A stretch of 44,331 nucleotides of DNA from Patescibacteria group bacterium (GCA_038063855.1 JBBTUF010000008.1:1-44331); one strand, 5' to 3'; positions 1 through 9,446 are shown, numbered from the stretch's first letter. Program-made: numbers and translations. The notes: a model not told the origin generated them from the letters alone.

Positions 1-1241
1 GAAATATCTCCAGTCGGTGATGTCCATATTCCATTATATCCAACCGCAAGATGTGCCCCACGGAACACCAAAATAACATGTTTTATATTGGAGTAATTTA
101 CATACGGGCGAGAAGCTTCGATTGCGTCTTCAAGTAATGCATTTGATGCCGCACTTGCAGTTGTAACCCATTTTTTCGTAAAGTTGCAATTCGATGCAAT
201 TTCACCAGCGACTTGAGTACAATAACTGCTTCTTGGGTATGGCATGGTATGCCAACTGTAGGTGTGCCCATTGAAAAGAAGTTTATCGTATGAAACTTCT
301 TTGTAATATGCTTTTAGGGATGTGGGCGAGCCAAACACTACTGAATCAGCAAAATTCACATCAAACGGCTCATCTTGCTTATCTGGAAAATTAAAGAGGA
401 GGACGGCGGTATTTTGTAAGCCTGGGTCGGGTTGATAAGCAGAGACTGGTGATGGCGGAGGAGGTGGTACAGGAGAAGGTGCAACCGTAGAAACAGTTTG
501 AACTGTAACTAAACTTTCTGAATCATCGAAATTTGTGAATGCAGAACAAGGGCTTAAGTAACAGGCAATTCGTACATAATAGCTCCCAGATAAGTCGGCA
601 GGAATCGTTATCGTCTCATATCCATCGTTTTCCGTATTGATGATAAGAGGATAAGATATTGACTTAGCGGGATTTAGAAATGATATGACAATCTTCCAAT
701 CTTTTACACCACCACCCCAGCGTATTGTCTGTGAGGAGCCCGCTTGCCATATTTCTCCCCCATTGTATGAAACGAGGCTGGGTAAAGTTTGCGGTGTAGC
801 AGGAGGAATAGTTGTTGGAGGGGGTAAAATGCTTGGAGGCACAACAGTAACTGGCGGCGGCGGAATTGGGGTGGGAGGCGTTATTGAAGCAGGAGGATTG
901 GCCGCAGAGACGGGAAAAACCTCATTCAGTTTCGCTCGTGTTCGTTTCCCAACAAGACCGTAGCCAGTAGAAGCAGGAGTTCCATAATTTATAATGCCGT
1001 ATTTTGATTGAAATCTTTGGACTGCTTTTTCAGTAAGCGCTCCGAAATATCCCGTTGCAAGCCCTTCTGGATATACTGTATTATCAGTTTTGAGCGCGAG
1101 TTGTAGCTCTTTCACTTCATTGCTTGATGAACCTTTTTGAAGGAGTTGAGTGAATGTATATGCCGAAACGCTATGAGGAGCCAATATACCCACTAAGAAC
1201 GCGATGCTGATTATTTTTACTGTAAGTCTATGTGTATCCAT
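1..1241 (-). CDS. Secreted protein with a peptidoglycan-binding-like domain and Pro-rich linkers. The 3' end is cut by the window edge.
   Basis: ATG is the complement of 1239-1241. The hand-checked part of the frame (about 540-700) is open; the rest was read only roughly, so openness down to position 1 is not fully verified. The ORF track omits it because no stop lies in the window. The N-terminus MDTHRLTVKIISIAFLVGILAPHSVSA looks like a signal peptide. LQKGSSSNEVKELQLALK...GYFGALTEKAVQRFQSKYGI resembles PG_binding_1. PPxP-rich linkers follow. The track ORF 685..963(+) is the Gly-rich antisense of the Pro-rich linker. Confidence 0.6.
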   Translation of the reverse strand, partial: MDTHRLTVKIISIAFLVGILAPHSVSAYTFTQLLQKGSSSNEVKELQLALKTDNTVYPEGLATGYFGALTEKAVQRFQSKYGIINYGTPASTGYGLVGKRTRAKLNEVFPVSAANPPASITPPTPIPPPPVTVVPPSILPPPTTIPPATPQTLPSLVSYNGGEIWQAGSSQTIRWGGGVKDWKIVISFLNPAKSISYPLIINTENDGYETITIPADLSGSYYVRIACYLSPCSAFTNFDDSESLVTVQTVSTVAPSPVPPPPPSPVSAYQPDPGLQNTAVLLFNFPDKQDEPFDVNFADSVVFGSPTSLKAYYKEVSYDKLLFNGHTYSWHTMPYPRSSYCTQVAGEIASNCNFTKKWVTTASAASNALLEDAIEASRPYVNYSNIKHVILVFRGAHLAVGYNGIWTSPTGDI

Positions 1242-1254
1242 ACGAGGTCGTTTA

Positions 1255-1647
1255 TTATAATTGCTCTGATAAATTATAAAGTGTCGGAAGTGTTTGCATT
1301 GCAAAATAAGCGTTGAAAATGTGGACAATGACGATATTTATGATTGGGAACATTATCCAGAATATCTTTGACGAAACAAATTCTCCTTTGTGGAGCTTGG
1401 AACGCATATGAAGAGCATACAGTGCCTCACCTACTAAAATAAGGACAGTAATTCCACTCGCAATGTATATTTTTTGCCAATTAAACTCCAAGCCCAATTT
1501 TTCATCAAGACTCAAAAAAGATTTTATTGAATAAAAAGTATTGTAAGCGAGAAATATAATTTCTAAAACTGCAGCATAAAACAAAAACCAAGCCATCCAT
1601 GGTTTTGCTTGAGATTTTTGTGTAGCCAAAAAGCCGTTTTGTATCAT
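1255..1647 (-). CDS. Hypothetical multi-pass membrane protein
   Basis: 130-aa ORF with several hydrophobic helices. No family recognised. Confidence 0.45.
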   Translation of the reverse strand: MIQNGFLATQKSQAKPWMAWFLFYAAVLEIIFLAYNTFYSIKSFLSLDEKLGLEFNWQKIYIASGITVLILVGEALYALHMRSKLHKGEFVSSKIFWIMFPIINIVIVHIFNAYFAMQTLPTLYNLSEQL

Positions 1648-1730
1648 GCCTTTATTTTATCTGTAGTTATATTATTCCGCTATGTATAGATAATCTTCAT
1701 CTTTTCAGGGTCGTTTGGTGTTGATTTTTC

Positions 1731-1754
1731 GCTTAACATTGCTTAACATCAAGC
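1731..1754. promoter_or_regulatory. Tandem GCTTAACAT repeat (complement: ATGTTAAGC x2), about 30 nt upstream of the 1780 gene
   Basis: The sequence reads gcttaacattgcttaacatcaagc. It is related to the TTAACAATG motif found at four other intergenic sites of the two integrative elements. Confidence 0.4.
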
Positions 1755-1779
1755 ATATCGCGTAAGGCGTATATAGACA

Positions 1780-3147
1780 ATGAATATTGCGAAAAATCTT
1801 GAATATAATTACTCTACTTTCATAAACCGAGAAAGTCCGTTTGAATTTTTTAAGGGTCTTGCCGCTTATCTTGAGTACGCTCTTTCAGAGCCAGCTCTCA
1901 AAAAAGTATTTGATGAGCAGTTGAATGAACGGAGAATATTGATAAAAGAAATTGAAATCCTTGAGGGCAAAATACGAATGGAACTCGATGAAGCAAAAAA
2001 TACTTTGGTTAATATTATTCAAAAAAATAAAATAGACATTGCGCTATTTAACCGCCACCAAACTCGCTCTTTTCCAGATGATACAAATATCTTGCAAGAA
2101 TTAGAGTCCTTTGAAAAAGGAGATTCTATAGGGAGCATATTCGTATCAGATGATATTGAACAACACCTTTTTGACATAGCTGCAAACTTACTACAGGCTG
2201 GCTATAAAAAAGAATTGCAAGAGTTTATTCTAATGTCCGATGAATATGCAGAGTATCGAAGCCGCATCAATGGCCCTGATAGGTGGGTAGTAACTGACAA
2301 TCAGCACGGAAACTTTGTGTTCTCAAAAACCTGGCCAGAACGTTGGGAAAAAAGTGAAGGCTTTGAACGCGAGAGAATGTTAAAACTGTGGGGATACTTT
2401 GAATTGTTACTTCAATTTAATGCGTCATACCAACACGCAATGGGGCGTTTATATTTTTCCTCAACTCCCCATGGGGGCCTCGAAAGCCAACACTGGTTTG
2501 GAGGCGTAACAGAAGGCGTTAAAATTTTTAGTATGGCACGGGAGATACAGCAACTGGCCGAAAATAACATGGATTTTTATTCCAGAGTTAACCGAAATTT
2601 TCGAGAGAAGAAATCCATTGAATCAAATATTTCGAGAGTACAACTAAAAGCATCTGCAGAGGCCGTCCATTTCTACCTATTAACAAAAATAGAAAATAAC
2701 ACTACACAGGCTTCTGAAAATAATAATATTGATAAAAAAAGAACTCTTCAGTCTATACACTTAATAACTAACAGCTTAGAGCCAAAGGATACTATTTTTT
2801 TAGTCCTCGATGAACAATTCCAAATGCCCGTTAGGTTTGAGGTAGAGAATAATAAAGGGAGTATTTCGTCAATAAAAAAATTATATGATATTGCTTATTT
2901 TGTCGATGCACCCAATCGGAAAGTTATTTATAGCAAAAAATCTGCCGACGGCATCAATAACGGTTTATTTAAGAAAAGCCAGGTAAAAATATACTTGAAG
3001 ACAAATAAGCTGGTAAAACCAACACTGGTCATGAAGGCAAGCAATAATACATTGGTCTTAAAAAATGAGATTCCTGTTTTAGGGGGGCTTCTAAAAAATA
3101 TCGTCCCAACTCAACATCAATCTCTTTACATTGATAAAACCCGTTAA
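1780..3147 (+). CDS. Hypothetical protein (455 aa), cargo of element 1
   Basis: Long ORF followed by a clean terminator. No motif recognised. Confidence 0.6.
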   Translation: MNIAKNLEYNYSTFINRESPFEFFKGLAAYLEYALSEPALKKVFDEQLNERRILIKEIEILEGKIRMELDEAKNTLVNIIQKNKIDIALFNRHQTRSFPDDTNILQELESFEKGDSIGSIFVSDDIEQHLFDIAANLLQAGYKKELQEFILMSDEYAEYRSRINGPDRWVVTDNQHGNFVFSKTWPERWEKSEGFERERMLKLWGYFELLLQFNASYQHAMGRLYFSSTPHGGLESQHWFGGVTEGVKIFSMAREIQQLAENNMDFYSRVNRNFREKKSIESNISRVQLKASAEAVHFYLLTKIENNTTQASENNNIDKKRTLQSIHLITNSLEPKDTIFLVLDEQFQMPVRFEVENNKGSISSIKKLYDIAYFVDAPNRKVIYSKKSADGINNGLFKKSQVKIYLKTNKLVKPTLVMKASNNTLVLKNEIPVLGGLLKNIVPTQHQSLYIDKTR

Positions 3148-3190
3148 TACGTAAATCATCCGACTACAATGTAGGTCGGATAGCATAAAT

Positions 3191-3211
3191 GCCCCAATCT
3201 GGGGCTTTTTT
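3191..3211 (+). terminator. Rho-independent terminator
   Basis: gccccaatctggggc hairpin followed by tttttt, 44 nt after the stop at 3147. Confidence 0.6.
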
Positions 3212-3252
3212 AGCTCCCTTATCCGACCAAACTGACAGCTACACTGCTTTTA

Positions 3253-3441
3253 ATGCTATCGGATGAACAGGTCAAAAAATTTCAAGAACTTTGGCTGAAA
3301 AAGTTTGGCAAAGAAATCAGCAAAGAAGTGGCCTATGAAAAAGGAGTAAAACTCCTTCGGCTTGTTGAACTCGTATACAAACCCATGACCGAGGCTGAAT
3401 TTGATTTGGTCAAGAAACGGCGCAAAGAGACAGGCTCATGA
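3253..3441 (+). CDS. Small element-encoded protein (62 aa) coupled to the Rep-like gene
   Basis: Its stop overlaps the next start (ATGA). It shows weak, position-consistent similarity to the 54-aa ORF at 16941..17105 of element 2 (KKF..W....E......K..LL.L...VY..P). Confidence 0.5.
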   Translation: MLSDEQVKKFQELWLKKFGKEISKEVAYEKGVKLLRLVELVYKPMTEAEFDLVKKRRKETGS

Positions 3442-4580
3442 TTGATAGCGTCGTACTTCAACTGAATAGTAACCAATTCAAACTGCGAGAGAAAAATCGC
3501 TTCCATGAAATTCGGACACAACAGGGTCGAGGATTTAGCACAAATACCCGCTATTGTGCCGAGTACTCCGAGACTTGGAAGAAAAAGGGTGTCTATTGCC
3601 CCATGTTCGGGCTTCCGATACGAAAACAGGGATTGGCTGAACCTAAAAGCTTTTTGGAAATCCAAGAATCCCTGCCAAAGCACGTACATGGAACGAGCCT
3701 ATTTGATATTGATAAGAGCGATTTAGATACTATCTTTGAGAAAAATTTGTATTTCCTCGATGACTTGGGTGTAGATACCTCGAAAGAGGAATTGGAGAGG
3801 GCGGTCGTGAGACGTGCAGACTTCTCAAAAATCTTCAAGCTGCCCGATTATTTGGGCAAAGCTGATGAGGTTGTTCGTACGCTTACGCTTTTCAATTACA
3901 AACCACAATCAGAATTTCGCATGAGAGACTATTGCATTGGGAGTGAGGGTATTGCTTTGAAATTTTGGAACACCACCCAAGGATATGTGGTTTATGATAA
4001 ATTTGGTGAAATTCTAAGCGATGGGTATAAAACCAAACAGGAACTGAAATTGAAAGAGCTTTACGATAAAGGCAGGCTTACCCGAAATGCTCTAAGGTTC
4101 GAACTGTCTCTTCAGCGAAAGGATAGTTTTGAAGCATTGGTTAGAAGGCGGGTCAAGACAGGTAAGAAAAAGGATTTTTTTCTCGAGGAGATACTGGATA
4201 AAGACCTCGCGCAAGCCATTCTCACTGATGCGTTTGAGAAGGTATTTAGTGATATAGCCGTGGGGCTTATAAGCCTCTCGCAGATGGAAGATAATAAACT
4301 CTGGTCATACCTGGAACGCTCAGGAATGAGCCAAAACAAGCAGGAGAAATTGTATTACTGGGTGCGTATGGCTACTAAATCTGGTATTGCAGGCACGTGG
4401 GAGCAGCTGAAGCTTAAGCTGAAAGGTGGCAGCATCCCTCAACGGAAAAAAGAGATTTCACTCGCACTTCAGGAATTGGGGACAATAAGTGGAAATGTGC
4501 CTAATCTGGTCGATTTTCTGCGGGCGGAGCATGAGAAATTTGAGATTATTCGGCCAAAAGGCACACTATTGGACTTGTAA
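3438..4580 (+). CDS. Putative rolling-circle replication initiator (filamentous-phage gene II/X, Phage_CRI-like)
   Basis: The N-terminus MIDSVVLQLNS resembles M13 gpII MIDMLVLRLPF, recalled from memory. LEIQESLPKHVHGTSLF resembles VEIKASPAKVLQGHNVFG. ALRFELSLQRK resembles GLVRFEARIK. No alignment was run. Confidence 0.5.
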   Translation: MIDSVVLQLNSNQFKLREKNRFHEIRTQQGRGFSTNTRYCAEYSETWKKKGVYCPMFGLPIRKQGLAEPKSFLEIQESLPKHVHGTSLFDIDKSDLDTIFEKNLYFLDDLGVDTSKEELERAVVRRADFSKIFKLPDYLGKADEVVRTLTLFNYKPQSEFRMRDYCIGSEGIALKFWNTTQGYVVYDKFGEILSDGYKTKQELKLKELYDKGRLTRNALRFELSLQRKDSFEALVRRRVKTGKKKDFFLEEILDKDLAQAILTDAFEKVFSDIAVGLISLSQMEDNKLWSYLERSGMSQNKQEKLYYWVRMATKSGIAGTWEQLKLKLKGGSIPQRKKEISLALQELGTISGNVPNLVDFLRAEHEKFEIIRPKGTLLDL

Positions 4581-4641
4581 ACCATTGTTAAATGACTTAA
4601 AATCAGGATATAGCATTACAGCAATATAGTTACTAAATATC

Positions 4642-4836
4642 ATGTCACCAAAAACAACAAAAAATAATAAAGAATTTTATCTGGTTGAGGAACTCGCTAC
4701 TGCTTTGCGTGTTTCCAATATGACGATTTACCGCTATATCGCCCGTGGCAAAATCAAAGCATATAAAATCGGTAAGGAGTTTCGGATTGATAAAGTTGAG
4801 TTTCAAGCATTCCTGAATAAAGTAAAAACAAAATAG
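4642..4836 (+). CDS. Excisionase-family helix-turn-helix DNA-binding protein
   Basis: LVEELATALRVSNMTIYRYIARGKIKAYKIGKEFRIDKVEFQAFL is the typical HTH_17/excisionase pattern. It lies 1 nt upstream of the recombinase gene. Confidence 0.75.
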   Translation: MSPKTTKNNKEFYLVEELATALRVSNMTIYRYIARGKIKAYKIGKEFRIDKVEFQAFLNKVKTK

Positions 4837-4837
4837 C

Positions 4838-6472
4838 ATGAGCCGAGACCAAAAAGAGCAAAAAATTGAATACTTCCTTTACGCAAGGAAATCATCCGAA
4901 AGTGAGGACAGGCAGATTCAATCAATTGATGACCAAGAAAGCAACCTACGAAGACTTGCGAGTAATCTGGGAATCAAGATAAAGGAAGTTCTGACCGAAT
5001 CAAAATCTGCAAAGAAACCGTATTGCCGACCGGTATTTGCAAGCATGCTCGAAAGAATCGAGAAAGGAGAAGCACAAGGTATTCTCTGTTGGCAAATAAA
5101 TCGTCTCTCTCGTAATCCAGTAGATAGTGGCACACTCGGCTGGATGCTTCAACAGGGCGCCCTTAAATGTATCCGGACAATTGACCGCCAATACCTCCCC
5201 GATGATAACGTACTTCTCTTTAGCATCGAAACGGGCCAGGCCAATCAATTTATTATTGACCTCAAGAAAAACAGCATGCGAGGAATGATAGGTAAAGTAG
5301 AACGAGGCTGGCTCCCCTCCCGCGCCCCGATTGGATATTTGAACGACACAATTAAGAAAGTCATTATAAAAGACCCTGAACGATTTAATATAGTCCGAAA
5401 AATGTGGGATATGATGCTTACGGGGCACTATACTCCCCCGAAAGTTTTGCATATAGCAAATAATGAATGGGGATTAAGAACCGTAAAATATAAACGAGAA
5501 GGTGGGAAAGAACTTTCTACCAGTGGCATTTATAGAATGTTCACCAATGTGTTTTATATGGGAATTGTCGATTGGGGAGGTCAGCGGCGTGAAGGAAAAC
5601 ACGACCACATGATAACTCCTGCTGAATACGACCGAGTACAGCTTATTCTTGGGCGAGCTGGCAAGCCAAGACCGAAAACCCATAGCTTTGCCTTTACTGG
5701 TGCTATTAGATGCGACTCTTGCGGTTGCCTTTATACTGCAGAAACTAAACAAAGATTACTTATATCTGGAAAAGTAAACGAACATACATACTATCACTGC
5801 ACAAGAAAAACAAGAAAGATTATCTGCGACCAGAAAAAGCATATCCCCGTAGAGAATTTGGAACTTGCTATCGAAAAGGAAATTGAAAAATATACAATCT
5901 TGCCTGAGTTCTTGGAATGGGCGCTGGAAGGCTTGGACAAAAATAATGCTACCGAAATTGAAGATGAGGTAAGGATTCGTGAAATGAAGCAAAAGAATTT
6001 GTTGGAAGCCGAGAAAGAATTGGACGAACTTACCAAGATGCGTCGCCGACAGTTGATTGATGACGACTCATTCATTAAAGGAAAACAGGAGCTTCAACCT
6101 AAAATAGACCAAATGAAAGCCGCTCTCCAAGAGACAGAAACGCAGTCTGAGAAATGGATTGAACTTACCCAAAAGACGTTTAACTTCGCTACATACGCTC
6201 GAAAAGCCTTTATAACCGCCGAAGACAAAGAAGGGTTAGAACGGCAAAAAGAGATTCTGCTGGGACTTGGAGAAAGGCCTGTAATTAAAGGAGAAAAGCT
6301 CATTATTGAGCCTTATGAATGGTTGATCCCTATCAAAAAAGAGTACCCAGCCCTTGAGCGCGAATATCGAAGGTTAGAACGGCGTAAAATGCTTACGCCT
6401 CAAACAAAAACAGAGGCTCTCGCCTCTGTTCATGCACGATGGGGTGGCTATCGGGATTCGAACCCGGACTAA
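4838..6472 (+). CDS. Large serine recombinase (resolvase domain, recombinase domain, zinc ribbon and coiled coil)
   Basis: YFLYARKSSESEDRQ..., GILCWQINRLSRN and the Cys cluster CDSCGC...YYHCTRK. The last 11 codons (WGGYRDSNPD*) are antisense to the 3' part of tRNA-His. Confidence 0.9.
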   Translation: MSRDQKEQKIEYFLYARKSSESEDRQIQSIDDQESNLRRLASNLGIKIKEVLTESKSAKKPYCRPVFASMLERIEKGEAQGILCWQINRLSRNPVDSGTLGWMLQQGALKCIRTIDRQYLPDDNVLLFSIETGQANQFIIDLKKNSMRGMIGKVERGWLPSRAPIGYLNDTIKKVIIKDPERFNIVRKMWDMMLTGHYTPPKVLHIANNEWGLRTVKYKREGGKELSTSGIYRMFTNVFYMGIVDWGGQRREGKHDHMITPAEYDRVQLILGRAGKPRPKTHSFAFTGAIRCDSCGCLYTAETKQRLLISGKVNEHTYYHCTRKTRKIICDQKKHIPVENLELAIEKEIEKYTILPEFLEWALEGLDKNNATEIEDEVRIREMKQKNLLEAEKELDELTKMRRRQLIDDDSFIKGKQELQPKIDQMKAALQETETQSEKWIELTQKTFNFATYARKAFITAEDKEGLERQKEILLGLGERPVIKGEKLIIEPYEWLIPIKKEYPALEREYRRLERRKMLTPQTKTEALASVHARWGGYRDSNPD

Positions 6473-6514
6473 AAGCTCCACAAGCTTCTGTGCTGCCGTT
6501 ACACCATAGCCACC
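6440..6514 (-). tRNA. tRNA-His: tRNA-His(GUG) with encoded G-1 and CCA
   Basis: Hand fold of GGTGGCTATGGTGTAACGGCAGCACAGAAGCTTGTGGAGCTTTTAGTCCGGGTTCGAATCCCGATAGCCACCCCA. The acceptor GTGGCTA/TAGCCAC is perfect, the extra 5' G pairs with C73, the anticodon loop is TTGTGGA and the T-loop is TTCGAAT. Confidence 0.9.
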
Positions 6515-6598
6515 ATATTTTATTTTTACTTTCTTGTTTCTATAAAAATATTTTTTGTGCAAGTAAAAAGCGAAGTCATACTATCATGAATTTTATGT

Positions 6599-6847
6599 TT
6601 ACACAAGATTTGTTACCTCTGATCCCGGCTCAACTGGATCAGATACTTTTACACCAACTTCCATGCCTTCAGCAGCTTCTGGAACATCTTTGTGATCAAC
6701 CTGTATTTCAACCACCGCTTGTTTTATTTCGCGCCCACGCGAGCGAATGTTGATTAAATCGCCAAGGCGAACTTTGCCAGTAAGCTTCACTACCGCGACA
6801 CCAATTTTGCCATAATAATGAGTAACCGTACCAATAAGTCTTTTCAT
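6599..6847 (-). CDS. Small EF-Tu-domain-2-like beta-barrel protein
   Basis: MKRLIGTVTHYYGKIGVAVVKLTGKVRLGDLI... matches the pattern of stand-alone translation-factor-like barrel proteins. The internal Met (residue 19 of the track ORF) was chosen as the start. Confidence 0.5.
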   Translation of the reverse strand: MKRLIGTVTHYYGKIGVAVVKLTGKVRLGDLINIRSRGREIKQAVVEIQVDHKDVPEAAEGMEVGVKVSDPVEPGSEVTNLV

Positions 6848-6937
6848 ATAATGTATATTATATAACATCGCTAAACGACCTTTTATTACATTGTGCCACA
6901 AAAAGACTCTTTCATATAGAAAAGAAAAGAGGCTCGC

Positions 6938-7951
6938 CTATTGGCGGGCCTCACGAAGCAATGAAAGAAGAGCCATGCGGCATATCCATCCATTGTAAAC
7001 TTGTTTACGATACACAATACGGCTATCTGCAAGCGACGGGTATTTGCCCGATATCTCTCCGCCACGCGGGAGTGGATGCATAATGATCGCACTCCGCCGT
7101 ATTTCAGAGAGAAAATGATCATTCACTCCGTATGCCGTAATATACTGCTTTTCGAATTCTGGGTTTGGTGGCGCCGATTTGCGTTCATGTTGCAGGCGCG
7201 TGAAATACCAAACATCTACTTCCGAGGCAATTTCCTCCCAACTCTCCATTTTTGTAACAGAAAGTTGTACTGGGCTTTTGCCGCGGTAATGCAAGATTTT
7301 CTTTGGCAAATTATTATCTCGAGAAGAGACGGTAAACACCGTACCCCCAAAATTTCGAAGTGCGATAATATCTGAATGAATCGTGCGTGAATCGGCGATA
7401 TCACCAACAAATGCGTAGGTAAGTTTCCCGTGCTCCATTTCATCGCCAAATTCACGCCACACCGTGTACAAATCAAGCACCATTTGCGTTGGATGTTCGA
7501 CATTTCCTTCACCCGCACTAATAATCGACGTCGGGTGGCCATATGCTTCCATGGTGTCGGCTGCGCGCCTCATCGCATTTTTCTCACGACCATCGTGACG
7601 AAAAATGAGTACATCGTATCCATACAGTGCAGACATGTCGACCGTGTCTTCGAGGCTTTCACCTTTTGCCATAGAAGAGGTCTGCTTCATGTTTGTATTT
7701 GTGCGCCATTTTGCACCAAGCGTATCGCACGCCTCAAGAAACGACTCCATAGTACGCGTCGACGGCTCATCAAACATGATTTTTGCACGCCACGGCCTTC
7801 CATCGGAATGCTTAAGAGTTTCTGCAAGTTGCCGCCTGCCAAGCGATGACGTCATCATTTCTCGAATATAATCAGACTTGCGAAAAGCAGTGATCAGATC
7901 TTCGCGGCTAAAATGCCGAGCAGAAATAATATGTTTCTTCTTATAGAACAC
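6938..7951 (-). CDS. pyrB: Aspartate carbamoyltransferase-like protein
   Basis: Motifs STRTM (canonical STRTR), HPTQ, HPLPRGGEI and Q..NG...RMALL. No other pyrimidine genes are nearby. The carbamoyl-phosphate motif is slightly divergent. Confidence 0.7.
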   Translation of the reverse strand: MFYKKKHIISARHFSREDLITAFRKSDYIREMMTSSLGRRQLAETLKHSDGRPWRAKIMFDEPSTRTMESFLEACDTLGAKWRTNTNMKQTSSMAKGESLEDTVDMSALYGYDVLIFRHDGREKNAMRRAADTMEAYGHPTSIISAGEGNVEHPTQMVLDLYTVWREFGDEMEHGKLTYAFVGDIADSRTIHSDIIALRNFGGTVFTVSSRDNNLPKKILHYRGKSPVQLSVTKMESWEEIASEVDVWYFTRLQHERKSAPPNPEFEKQYITAYGVNDHFLSEIRRSAIIMHPLPRGGEISGKYPSLADSRIVYRKQVYNGWICRMALLSLLREARQ

Positions 7952-8043
7952 TTTGGCACCTCCTGTGTGTTATATTTTTTAATCCTCTATTCAACGAGCA
8001 AGCCCGCTTTATACTACCCGCCCAAGCACTTTTCGGCAAGATC

Positions 8044-8895
8044 CTACCCCTGCATCAAATGTGATATTGTAATACTTGCAAGAACAATAAGAAACGCAAT
8101 CGCTTTTCTTCTATCCAACCTTTCTTTAAGAAACAGCACGGCAGCAAAATATACAAGTAAGGGTTCGAGCGAAAACAGTAATGTTGTATAGACAATGCCT
8201 GAATTTTTATAACTTATAAAAAATAGCACCCATGCGGTTACGCTCAAAAAATTGGTCAACAAAAAATAACCGTATGCATTAAGAGGCACGTGCTCTGTAG
8301 CGCGCGAAAAAAGAAACCAAAAAAACATTGCTACGATGCCATCGTGTACAAACAAAAACGCAATTGGATCCCATGCGGCAAGTAACGGCTTCAATGTAGA
8401 AATACCTAAAGGAACCACCACAACAGTCCACATTAAAAACGATAGTGTATGGCGAGCAATTTTAAAATGAGTTCCATCCCAATGCGACCAGATAACTGCC
8501 GCGGCTGCAATAAATGCTGAGATCACAAATACCGGATTGCGTTCGTCGGCAAAAAGGAGAGACGAAAAAAGAATGATTGGAATATTTTTAAATAAATCTA
8601 TCGCTTGGAGTTCTGCCAATTTGTCACTATCAAGCGCTCGGTAATACAGTATGTTTGACATTGATGATATGGCGATCGACAACGCAAGAAGCCACGCGAG
8701 ATACCCTGTGAAAAGTTCGGGACCAAGGGGGGGTCGAAAAATTAAAAATAAAATAAATCCGCAAAACCAAAATAATGGGAAACTTATCCCAAGATACATC
8801 TTGTACCCTACGTGACGCATCGAAAGAATAACCTTATCGAGCGTAAAAGATCCTGCCTGCAAAATCGCCGCTACAACTGGAATTAATGCATTCAT
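8044..8895 (-). CDS. EamA/DMT-family membrane transporter
   Basis: 283 aa with about 10 hydrophobic helices in two similar halves. Confidence 0.6.
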   Translation of the reverse strand: MNALIPVVAAILQAGSFTLDKVILSMRHVGYKMYLGISFPLFWFCGFILFLIFRPPLGPELFTGYLAWLLALSIAISSMSNILYYRALDSDKLAELQAIDLFKNIPIILFSSLLFADERNPVFVISAFIAAAAVIWSHWDGTHFKIARHTLSFLMWTVVVVPLGISTLKPLLAAWDPIAFLFVHDGIVAMFFWFLFSRATEHVPLNAYGYFLLTNFLSVTAWVLFFISYKNSGIVYTTLLFSLEPLLVYFAAVLFLKERLDRRKAIAFLIVLASITISHLMQG

Positions 8896-8907
8896 AAATA
8901 TTTCATC

Positions 8908-9444
8908 TTAACAATTCACACAATACCCCGGATAATTAAGAGCTTCAGAAACATGCGAACGACATGGCCCTTGAATACAATAATACATACTGCTATTCAC
9001 ATTAAAATTTGCTGCCCATGGCTCGGGTGGAAAATGACATGCTGAAAGCGGGCCTCCAATCGGGCAAAAACGAATTGATATTTGATATACTTGTTCCTTT
9101 GGATTTTGCGCAATATCACTTGGTACCCAATTTTCCCAATCATACACGCTTCCGAGCCACGGAGCATCTGGCCAAATACCCGGGCCGAGATATTTTTCGA
9201 GACCCGGGGGTATATCTCGACTCACGTCTACCGGATACTGAGCATTATCGTTAAGATAAATATTAAGAGCATCAACCATGACTCGCAATTCTTTTTTAGC
9301 GCGTACGAGCGTCGCCGCCTCTCGTACCGCTTGAAGCTTTGTAAGCATTATTGTCGTAAGAATCGAAATAATTCCTATGGCAATAAGTAATTCAAGAAGC
9401 GTAAAGCCAAAAGAATGTTTTTTTTGAGTCCTCAAAATAGACAT
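8908..9444 (-). CDS. Type IV pilin-like protein (prepilin N-terminal cleavage/methylation domain)
   Basis: The N-terminus KKHSFGFTLLELLIAIGIISILT is the classic G/FTLxE prepilin signal. Confidence 0.8.
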   Translation of the reverse strand: MSILRTQKKHSFGFTLLELLIAIGIISILTTIMLTKLQAVREAATLVRAKKELRVMVDALNIYLNDNAQYPVDVSRDIPPGLEKYLGPGIWPDAPWLGSVYDWENWVPSDIAQNPKEQVYQISIRFCPIGGPLSACHFPPEPWAANFNVNSSMYYCIQGPCRSHVSEALNYPGYCVNC

Positions 9445-9446
9445 AC

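Larger units (their letters stand above)
1731..6472 (+). mobile_element. Putative integrative element 1 at the 3' side of tRNA-His. The left limit is only approximate.
   Basis: All genes are co-oriented: orphan 455-aa gene, small protein, gene-II-like Rep, excisionase HTH and a large serine recombinase that runs into tRNA-His. No repeat of the tRNA 3' segment is seen at the far end, as expected for serine rather than tyrosine recombinases. Confidence 0.5.

Noticed and set aside
685-963. Gly-rich 92-aa ORF on the plus strand
   Set aside because: It is the antisense reading of the Pro-rich linker of the minus-strand PG-binding protein gene (1..1241). Poly-Gly from poly-Pro codons is a typical shadow ORF.
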